A stretch of 47,126 nucleotides of DNA. It comes from Pseudomonadota bacterium. GTDB taxonomy: Bacteria > Pseudomonadota > Alphaproteobacteria > Geminicoccales > Geminicoccaceae. Below the pieces are notes generated by a model. The model saw nothing but the letters and a program-made list of their open reading frames with translations, was not told where the DNA came from and searched no databases. The DNA lies in the NCBI GenBank assembly GCA_039028235.1, contig JBCCIN010000001.1, positions 1-47,126 of the forward strand, read 5' to 3'. Shown here piece after piece: positions 36,527-47,126 of the stretch (position 1 is the first letter of the stretch; each line of letters opens with the position of its first letter). The position numbers and the translations under genes are program-made.

Positions 36527-37957
36527 ATGAACGCCCGTCCGCAAAGCGCGACCGTTCACCTCGAGCAGCAATGGTCCAGCATTAAGGATCAGTTGCGCGC
36601 CGACTATGGTGATGCCGCCTTCAAGACGTGGCTCGCTTCCCTGACGCTGGAGGGACTCGAAGGCGATCGCGTTCGCCTCGGCGTGCCCACCCGATTTCTT
36701 CGGGATTGGATCGCGTCGCATTATGCTGATCGTATCAAGATGCTATGGCGCCGCGCCAACCCGGTGATCGACGGCATCGCGCTGACGGTGGTTGCGGCTC
36801 CCGCCCACGTCAACAAGGCGAGCGCCCAGATGATGGCGCCCCGGCCGGCGACCGTCTCGATCGGCCAGCCCGCCGCCGACACGTCCGGCGGCAAGGCGTC
36901 GGTTGCCGAGATCGGTCCCAGCGCCGACATGTCAGCACCGCTCGACCCACGCTGCACCTTCGACAACTTTGTGGTCGGCAAACCCAACGAGCTGGCCTTC
37001 GCCGCGGCGAAACGTGTGGCCGAGCTCAATCAGCTGCCGTTCAATCCTCTGTTCATCTATGGCGGCGTCGGGCTCGGCAAGACCCACCTGATGCACGCGA
37101 TCGCCTGGGAAATCCAGCGCCAGGACCCGAACCGCAAGGTGGTCTATCTCTCCGCCGAAAAGTTCATGTATCAGTTCATCCGGGCGCTGCGCTTCAAGGA
37201 CACCATGCGCTTCAAGGAGCTGTTCCGCTCGGTCGACGTCCTGATGGTCGACGACGTGCAGTTCATCGGCGGCAAGGACAGCACCCAGGAAGAGTTCTTT
37301 CACACGTTCAACACGCTGATCGATCGCGGCTCGCAGATCGTCATTTCCTCCGATCGCAGCCCGGCCGAGCTTTCCGGCCTCGAAGAACGCATCCGGTCCC
37401 GCCTGGGCTGGGGCTTGGTGGTGGACATTCACCCCTCCACCTACGAATTGCGGCTGGGAATTCTACAGTCAAAAGCTGAGGGATTGGCAGCCCAGGTCCA
37501 GGTGCCGGATCGTGTGCTGGAGTTCCTGGCCCATCGCATCACCTCGAACATCCGCGAGCTCGAAGGGGCGCTCAACCGTATCGTCGCCCAGTCGACCCTG
37601 GTCGGCCGCGCGATCACCCTCGAGATGGCGCAGGAGGTGCTACAGGATCTGCTGCGCGCCCATGAGCGTAGGATCACCATCGAGGAGATTCAAAAGCGGG
37701 TCGCCGAACACTACGGCATCAAGCTCTCGGACATGCACTCCGCGCGCCGCGCACGCGTGGTCGCGAGGCCTCGTCAGGTGGCGATGTACCTGGCGAAGCA
37801 GCTCACCCCGCGTTCGCTTCCCGAGATCGGCAGGCGCTTCGGCGGGCGTGATCACACCACGGTGATGCACGCGATCCGCAAGATCGAGGAGCTGCGCACC
37901 CAGGATTCGGTGATCAGCGAGGACATCGAGCAGCTCCGCCGCCAGCTCCACGGCTGA
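36527..37957 (+). CDS. dnaA: chromosomal replication initiator protein DnaA
   Basis: 476 aa. AAA+ Walker A GGVGLGKTHL, Walker B VLMVDDVQF, sensor and box VII regions. C-terminal DNA-binding domain GGRDHTTVMHA. Confidence 0.97.
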   Translation: MNARPQSATVHLEQQWSSIKDQLRADYGDAAFKTWLASLTLEGLEGDRVRLGVPTRFLRDWIASHYADRIKMLWRRANPVIDGIALTVVAAPAHVNKASAQMMAPRPATVSIGQPAADTSGGKASVAEIGPSADMSAPLDPRCTFDNFVVGKPNELAFAAAKRVAELNQLPFNPLFIYGGVGLGKTHLMHAIAWEIQRQDPNRKVVYLSAEKFMYQFIRALRFKDTMRFKELFRSVDVLMVDDVQFIGGKDSTQEEFFHTFNTLIDRGSQIVISSDRSPAELSGLEERIRSRLGWGLVVDIHPSTYELRLGILQSKAEGLAAQVQVPDRVLEFLAHRITSNIRELEGALNRIVAQSTLVGRAITLEMAQEVLQDLLRAHERRITIEEIQKRVAEHYGIKLSDMHSARRARVVARPRQVAMYLAKQLTPRSLPEIGRRFGGRDHTTVMHAIRKIEELRTQDSVISEDIEQLRRQLHG

Positions 37958-38290
37958 CCGGTCGCGACGCGCGGCAGCGCGAACGGGAGCCTGTGTCGGG
38001 CGGCTTTGTCGCGTTCTGTCACTACTTGAGAAAACGGCCACAGCCCCTTGAAAAAGCGATGTTTTTCCGCGATGCGAAAGCCATTTCCCGCATAGCGGCA
38101 GGGAAAACGGCACAAACCGGCGCAAAACCGCGAAAAAATAACGATTTATCGGTCAAAAATACTGTTTTTTTTCCGTATTGGTGATATGGTCCGCTCCCGG
38201 CGGGAATCTGCTCGTGTATGATAGGCTTTTTGCCGTCCGCGCCGGCCGAAAACGATCGGTAACACCACCCTTGGATCAAATGGCGCGATC

Positions 38291-39414
38291 ATGAAGTTGG
38301 CTTTCGAGCGTGCGGCTCTCCTCAAATCCCTTGCCCATGTGCAGAGCGTAGTCGAGCGGCGCACCACCATCCCCATTCTCTCCAACGTCAAGCTCGAAGC
38401 CGGGGAGGCTGGTATCAGCCTGACAGCGACCGACATGGATCTTTCCGTGGTCGAAGCGACCGAGGCCGAGGTGATCCGTCCGGGCGCGATCACTGCACCC
38501 GCGCACACGCTCTACGACGTGGTTCGCAAGCTGCCGGAAAACAGCCAGATCGAGCTGGAGAAAAGCGAGCAGGGCGCTGAACTCAGCCTGCGCTCCGGAC
38601 GCACCGCCTTCGATCTCCCCTGTCTACCGGCCGCCGATTTCCCGGCGATGACCGATGATGGCCTGGATCACAGCTTCTCCCTGTCGGTCGACGATCTGAT
38701 CAGGCTGATCGACCGCACGCGCTTTGCGATCTCGACCGAAGAAACGCGCTACTATCTGAACGGTATCTTCATCCATGCGGTCGACGAGGGAGCGGCGAGC
38801 TGCCTTCGAAGCGTCGCCACCGATGGCCATCGCCTCGCCCGCGTCGAGGTCGGCCTGCCCGAGGGTGCGGCAGGCATGCCCGGTGTGATCGTGCCGAGAA
38901 AGACCGTGGGCGAGCTTAGAAAGCTGATCGACGAACTCGATCCCGACACCTCGGTCGAGTTGGCGCTTTCCCATGCGCGCATCCGCTTCAAGGTGGGCAC
39001 GGCCGTGCTGCGCTCCCGCCTGATCGACGGCACGTTTCCCGATTATGAGCGGGTGATTCCGAGCGACAACGACAAGCTCATGGTCATGCCCACCGCCGAG
39101 CTCGCCGAGGCGGTCGATCGCATTGCCACCATCTCCACGGACAAGTCGCGCGCGATAAAGCTCGCGCTTTCCGATGGCAAGCTGACTCTCACCGCGATCA
39201 GCCCGGATGCCGGACGCGGCGTCGAGGAAGTGGATGCCGACTACAAGAGCGATTCTATGGAAATCGGCTTCAACGCTCGCTATATCCTGGATATCACGTC
39301 ACAAATCGAGGGCAAGGACATCGAGCTCGCTTTGGCGGACGCCGGTGCACCCACGCTGGTGCGCGATCCCAAGGACAGCAGCACGCTCTATGTGCTGATG
39401 CCCATGCGCGTGTA

Positions 39415-39415
<1 letters not shown>
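38291..39415 (+). CDS. dnaN: DNA polymerase III beta sliding clamp
   Basis: 374 aa. MKLAFERAALLKSL...RRTTIPILSNV; ATDGHRLA; C-terminal YVLMPMRV. Confidence 0.97.
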
Positions 39416-43030
<3,615 letters not shown>

Positions 43031-43140
43031 TCGCCACGACACTCCTTTTCCGTGGGCATCGTCGGGTTCCATCAACCCCGCAGGTTTGGTGGGTTAGAAC
43101 TTTTTTAAGGAAGAATCCCTAAGCTCAGGTTCCGTGCGCC

Positions 43141-45534
43141 ATGGGGGCGCTTGGCCGGGCTTTCGCATTGACCTTCAAATCCGTTCGATATGCCGTTCAT
43201 GTCGCGCTGGCGATCGTGCTTCTGGTGGGCGTCGCGCTGGTCTGGATCATGCTGCAGGCGATCGACGGCAAGGCGGACGATCTCGTCCGCTATGCACGCG
43301 TCGACAGCTGGACCACACAGCAGACGGAGACGCGCAGCTACCAGTTCCTGCTGACGCTGAGCGAACATGTTGCGGGCGCGGATTCCGTCGACATCGGAAC
43401 CGTGAGGAAGCAGCTTGCCAACCTGGCCAGCACTGCCGATCTCCTCAATCTCGACGAACGCAGCCCGGTGGTGCAGGCCCTTCCCGGAAAGCTGGATCTC
43501 AGAGCCGATTTCGCCGCGGCCCTCAGCAAAGTCGACCGCCTCCTCGACGGCCGGGACGATCTTCGCGGCGACACGGAAACCCTGTCGCAGATCAAGGCGA
43601 TCCTCGATCCCTGGCTGAACAGCCTGCAGCGGCTGATGGTCAACCTCACCCATATCCGGCTGGAGCTGCAGAAACGGGATCTTGCCAATGCCTCCAGGCT
43701 GATCGGCATCAATCGCTATCTTCTGATCGGCATCATTGTCGTCGGTGCCCTGTTCGTCACCATGCTGATCGTCGAAGCGCGCGCTGCGCGTTCCGCGGAA
43801 AAGGAGGCCAGGGTCGATCGCGGACGATTTCAGGATTTCGCCGAGATTGCATCGGACTGGCTTTGGGAAACCGACGCGAAACTCATGCTGACCTTCGTTT
43901 CCGAGGACATCAAGACATTCTCGGGCCGGCCGGCCAAATCCTATATCGGACGGCCGGTCACTTATATTCTCGGCCAGCCGGGCGATAGGTTGGACGACCA
44001 AAGCTTCCAGGAAGCCATCGAACGCCAGAGCGCTTTTCGCGACCTGATCCTGTCCGTCGGTGAGGAGGAACAGAGCTTCCTCAAGATCTCCGGCAGCCCA
44101 ATTCTCGATCCGTCCGGAGAATTCCAAGGTTTCCGCGGCGTCTGCGCCGACATTTCCGAAAATGTGCAGCGCGAAGGCCGCATCCGGTTCCTCGCGGAGC
44201 ACGACACGCTGACCGGTCTCTGCAACCGCTCACGCCTGCAGTCGCAGATGCGTTCCATCCTCGAAGGCGGGCGCCTGGACGATCGGAGCGGCACCCTTTT
44301 GATGCTCGATCTGGATGGTTTCAAGGACATCAACGACACCTTCGGCCACGATGTCGGGGATTCCGTGCTGGTCGCAATCGCTGAACGTCTCAGCGAAGAC
44401 CTCCGTCGGGCCGACACGATCGCCCGGCTCGGCGGGGACGAGTTCGCGATCATCCGCGTATCGGGCGCCGCGGATGAGCCGGATATCATAGCGCTCGCCA
44501 AGCGTCTCCTCGCCAGCATACGCCGACCGCTCAAGGTGCAGGACTTCGAGTTCACCGTCGGCACCAGCATCGGCGTGGCCTGTTTCCCCAAAGACGGCAC
44601 CAGTGTCGAAGAACTCCTGAAAGCCGCGGATCTCGCCATGTACGCCGCCAAGTCCGCCGGCGGCAATGAGGCCGTGGTCTATCATCCGAATATGAGCCAG
44701 CGCCTCGCCCGCAAGCGCCGCCTGGAGCAGGATCTGAGGCGGGCCCTCGAGGAGGGCAGCCTCGACCTGCATGTCCAGCCGCAGGTCGATCTGGCTGACA
44801 GCCGCCTGATCGGTGGCGAAGCCCTGCTGCGCTGGCATCATCCCGAACTTGGCCCGATCAGTCCGGACGTGTTCATCAACATCGCCGAAGAAACAGGGCT
44901 CATTCTGCCGCTTGGACGCTGGGTCCTGGAGGAATCCTGCCGAATCGCGCAGCGGTGGTCGTCGATCATCGGTGACGGCCTTATCGCCGTGAATGTGTCG
45001 CCAGCCCAGTTCACCCACCAGAACCTGGTGCAGGAGGTCGCGGACGTTCTCGACCTGACAGGCCTGGCGCCCCAGCATCTTGAGCTTGAGATCACCGAAG
45101 GCCTTTTGATGCGCGATCAGGAACTCGCCATCAAGACGCTCGCCGAGCTGGATGCCATGGGCGTACGCCTCGCGATCGACGATTTCGGCACAGGCTATTC
45201 GTCACTCAGCTATCTGAAGCGCTTCAAGGTGCACAAGGTGAAGATCGACCGAACCTTCGTTCAGGATCTGGAACATGAGGAAAGTGACCACAGCATCGTG
45301 CGTGCCGTGGTCATGATGAGCCAGGCCTTCGGCTTCAGGACAATCGCCGAGGGGGTCGAAAACGAAGCCCAGCGGGACCGGCTGATCACGCTAGGCTGCA
45401 ACGAAGCTCAAGGTTACCTCTTTGGCCGGCCGGAGCCGATCGAGAGCCTGCTCTCTCACATTGCAGATCGCTCGCCTGCGATCGAGCAAACCGTAAACGT
45501 CGGCATATTGGCGCCGTCCTCTCCCCTCCCATGA
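43141..45534 (+). CDS. membrane sensor PAS-GGDEF-EAL protein (c-di-GMP cyclase/phosphodiesterase)
   Basis: 797 aa. Two TM segments bracket an extracytoplasmic region of about 150 aa. PAS-like segment. Intact GGDEF (RLGGDEFAII). EAL domain with GGEALLRW, EITEG, DDFGTGYSSL. Confidence 0.9.
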   Translation: MGALGRAFALTFKSVRYAVHVALAIVLLVGVALVWIMLQAIDGKADDLVRYARVDSWTTQQTETRSYQFLLTLSEHVAGADSVDIGTVRKQLANLASTADLLNLDERSPVVQALPGKLDLRADFAAALSKVDRLLDGRDDLRGDTETLSQIKAILDPWLNSLQRLMVNLTHIRLELQKRDLANASRLIGINRYLLIGIIVVGALFVTMLIVEARAARSAEKEARVDRGRFQDFAEIASDWLWETDAKLMLTFVSEDIKTFSGRPAKSYIGRPVTYILGQPGDRLDDQSFQEAIERQSAFRDLILSVGEEEQSFLKISGSPILDPSGEFQGFRGVCADISENVQREGRIRFLAEHDTLTGLCNRSRLQSQMRSILEGGRLDDRSGTLLMLDLDGFKDINDTFGHDVGDSVLVAIAERLSEDLRRADTIARLGGDEFAIIRVSGAADEPDIIALAKRLLASIRRPLKVQDFEFTVGTSIGVACFPKDGTSVEELLKAADLAMYAAKSAGGNEAVVYHPNMSQRLARKRRLEQDLRRALEEGSLDLHVQPQVDLADSRLIGGEALLRWHHPELGPISPDVFINIAEETGLILPLGRWVLEESCRIAQRWSSIIGDGLIAVNVSPAQFTHQNLVQEVADVLDLTGLAPQHLELEITEGLLMRDQELAIKTLAELDAMGVRLAIDDFGTGYSSLSYLKRFKVHKVKIDRTFVQDLEHEESDHSIVRAVVMMSQAFGFRTIAEGVENEAQRDRLITLGCNEAQGYLFGRPEPIESLLSHIADRSPAIEQTVNVGILAPSSPLP

Positions 45535-45663
45535 CTCCAAATCGACCAGGAGAGCGACGTTCGGATTTTTCCACGCATTTTAACGGTCTGTTTAGACAGT
45601 TTGCCTAAAATGCACATCGAACCTGGTGAAAATCCTGCCGACAGCTTGAGAGCGACGACCAAC

Positions 45664-46956
45664 ATGATCAGATCGATAGATCGTTCCATCTGGCGCCGCA
45701 TCCTTCGGGATGATCGGGGCGCAATCCTGCCGATCATGGCGGCCGCCGTCATTGTTGCCCTGTCCGGCGCCGCCCTGGCGGTCGATCTTGCCCGCGCTCA
45801 TGCCATCCGCCAGCAGCTGCAGCTGACCGCAGACGCTGCCGCCTTGGCTGCTGCGGTCAACCTTCCCGACGTGCAGGCTGCGCGCGAGGCTGCCTATCGC
45901 TATGCCCAGCGCAACATGCCCGGCCACAAAGATGTCATTACCGCCGAAGGCATCGAATTCGGGCAATGGAATCCTGAGACGCGCCGTGTCGAGAGCGACG
46001 ACCAGGCGCCGAGCGCTGTCCGGGTGACACCGGCGCTCAGCGACGAGAAAGGCAATGCGCTCAGTACGTTGTTTGCCGGCGTTATCGGCAGCAGCTTGCT
46101 CGACCTCAACGCCAGCGCTGTTGCCGGCAAACGCTCGGCAATGTGCATTCTCGCCCTGGAGCAAGAACAGCTTCACGGACTCCACCTGAACTGGAGTTCC
46201 AAGATCGAGGCGCCGAACTGCACCGTCCAAGTCAATTCCGAGCATAAATGGGCCTTTTCGGCATGGTCGGGGAGCGAACTTCTTGCTGGTGGTGTCTGCA
46301 TCACCGGTGGGGTCTATCTCAGCTTTTTCGGGCACAACGTCTCGCCAGAACCGACCACCGGCTGCCCGCCCCAACCTGACCCGCTGGCAGCCCTGGAGGC
46401 GCCTGAGATCGGGGGCTGCGACTTCAACGACACAGCCCTGTCCGAATATAACGGCACGCTCCACCCTGGCGTGTATTGCGGAGGTCTTGCTATCAGTGGA
46501 TCATCCGACGTCGACCTAGCAGCAGGCGTCTACGTGATCAAGGATGGCCCCCTGTCGATAGCCGACACAGCTAAGATGACAGGCGACGAAGTGACCTTCT
46601 TTCTTACCGGTGATACGGCGCTCGTTAACTTTTCCGACAACAGCGAACTTGCACTGACGGCGCCCGTCAACGGCGATCTGGCCGGCATCCTGGTCTATCA
46701 GGATCGTAAATTCGGCGGCAACCACATCTGGGACAGCGGTGCACCCAATACGCTACATGGCACGATCTATCTGCCGGAAGGTACGCTGAGATCGCAAAGC
46801 TCGAATGCGATCACACCAGTCAATTCCTGCAATGTTCTCATCGCCAAGCAGATTCATTTAGATCGCAATAGTTCAGTCTCGATCGATCTCAGCCAAGATC
46901 ACTGCAAGCAATATCTTCCATCGGCGGTGCTCGGCACCGTGGCCTTGCTGGACTAG
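45664..46956 (+). CDS. TadG/TadE-like Flp-pilus-associated pseudopilin-type protein
   Basis: The track ORF starts at TTG 45601. I prefer ATG 45664 (MIRSI...RRILRDDRGAILPIMAAAVIVALSGAALAVDLAR). This is the TadE/G N-terminal motif of a basic stretch, RG and a hydrophobic helix. The C-terminal part is Gly/Ser/Thr-rich. Confidence 0.7.
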   Translation: MIRSIDRSIWRRILRDDRGAILPIMAAAVIVALSGAALAVDLARAHAIRQQLQLTADAAALAAAVNLPDVQAAREAAYRYAQRNMPGHKDVITAEGIEFGQWNPETRRVESDDQAPSAVRVTPALSDEKGNALSTLFAGVIGSSLLDLNASAVAGKRSAMCILALEQEQLHGLHLNWSSKIEAPNCTVQVNSEHKWAFSAWSGSELLAGGVCITGGVYLSFFGHNVSPEPTTGCPPQPDPLAALEAPEIGGCDFNDTALSEYNGTLHPGVYCGGLAISGSSDVDLAAGVYVIKDGPLSIADTAKMTGDEVTFFLTGDTALVNFSDNSELALTAPVNGDLAGILVYQDRKFGGNHIWDSGAPNTLHGTIYLPEGTLRSQSSNAITPVNSCNVLIAKQIHLDRNSSVSIDLSQDHCKQYLPSAVLGTVALLD

Positions 46957-47126
46957 ACGTTCAACGTTTCTCCATCATCAATGCGCCGTCGCCAGGCCGA
47001 GGCGTAGTCAGGAAGGCCAGGAACATTGGCAGGCGCTACAGGCTCGAGGTCGAGCTTGACAGTCCTTGGCCAGCCCCAGAGCAAGGCAGCACCAAGCGCC
47101 GTGCCGTCCTTCGCTCTGGACACCAG
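46953..47126 (-). CDS. C-terminal fragment of an unidentified protein entering from the right edge
   Basis: 58 in-frame sense codons read from the window edge (LVSRAKDGTALGAALLWGWP...DDGETLNV) end at a TAG. That TAG overlaps the TadG-like TAG within the palindrome CTAG (46953-46956). No family recognised. Confidence 0.3.
   Translation of the reverse strand: MVSRAKDGTALGAALLWGWPRTVKLDLEPVAPANVPGLPDYASAWRRRIDDGETLNV

Noticed and set aside
43074-43106. A possible terminator after gyrB: AACCC...GGGTT followed by TTTTTT.
   Set aside because: The stem is only 5 bp with a 12-nt loop, and 5 nt separate it from the T-run. This is too weak to report as a feature.
46953-46956. Convergent genes share the palindromic stop CTAG (TAG on both strands).
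   Set aside because: This is a real overlap, but the right-hand partial ORF is unidentified and such convergent stop overlaps occur by chance. There is no evidence of function.

Overview
This is a high-GC, almost fully coding chromosomal segment that looks alphaproteobacterial (Rhizobiales-like). It holds about 40 genes. All product calls come from reading motifs in the supplied translations by eye; no database search was run. The ORF track uses non-ATG starts (TTG at 9184 and 45601, GTG at 31495), and I trimmed several N-termini to better-supported starts.

Left third: a BMP-type ABC importer, a DUF4170-like gene, an AtzG-like micro-ORF overlapping an amidase, cytochrome c with a PQQ sugar dehydrogenase, and YaiI. 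It also holds an ECF sigma/anti-sigma locus with a divergent paralogous coiled-coil membrane protein, an alpha/beta hydrolase, and SixA-type phosphatase with Ppk1.

Middle: a secreted protein that fuses 34 Asn-Pro-Cys triplets to a cytochrome-P460-like haem domain, then sdaA. After these comes a minus-strand exopolysaccharide cluster: priming transferase, GT2, GT4, GT8-like, an orphan ORF and a PCP/BY-kinase. A secreted 42-aa-repeat TPR protein is transcribed divergently from that cluster.

Right third: housekeeping genes. These are Rrf2, coaBC, ubiB, ubiE, mutM, enoyl-CoA hydratase and rpsT-dnaA-dnaN-recF-gyrB, followed by a PAS-GGDEF-EAL sensor and an orphan TadG-like protein.

I found no rRNA, tRNA, CRISPR array, transposase or integrase.

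The best candidates for something undescribed are:
- the NPC-repeat/P460 fusion (16663-17841);
- the ECF locus, where the anti-sigma factor carries a coiled-coil spacer of about 260 aa and has a paralogue without a sigma-binding domain (7988-12261);
- the EPS locus, which mixes Wzy-type and synthase-type hallmarks (19661-29250).
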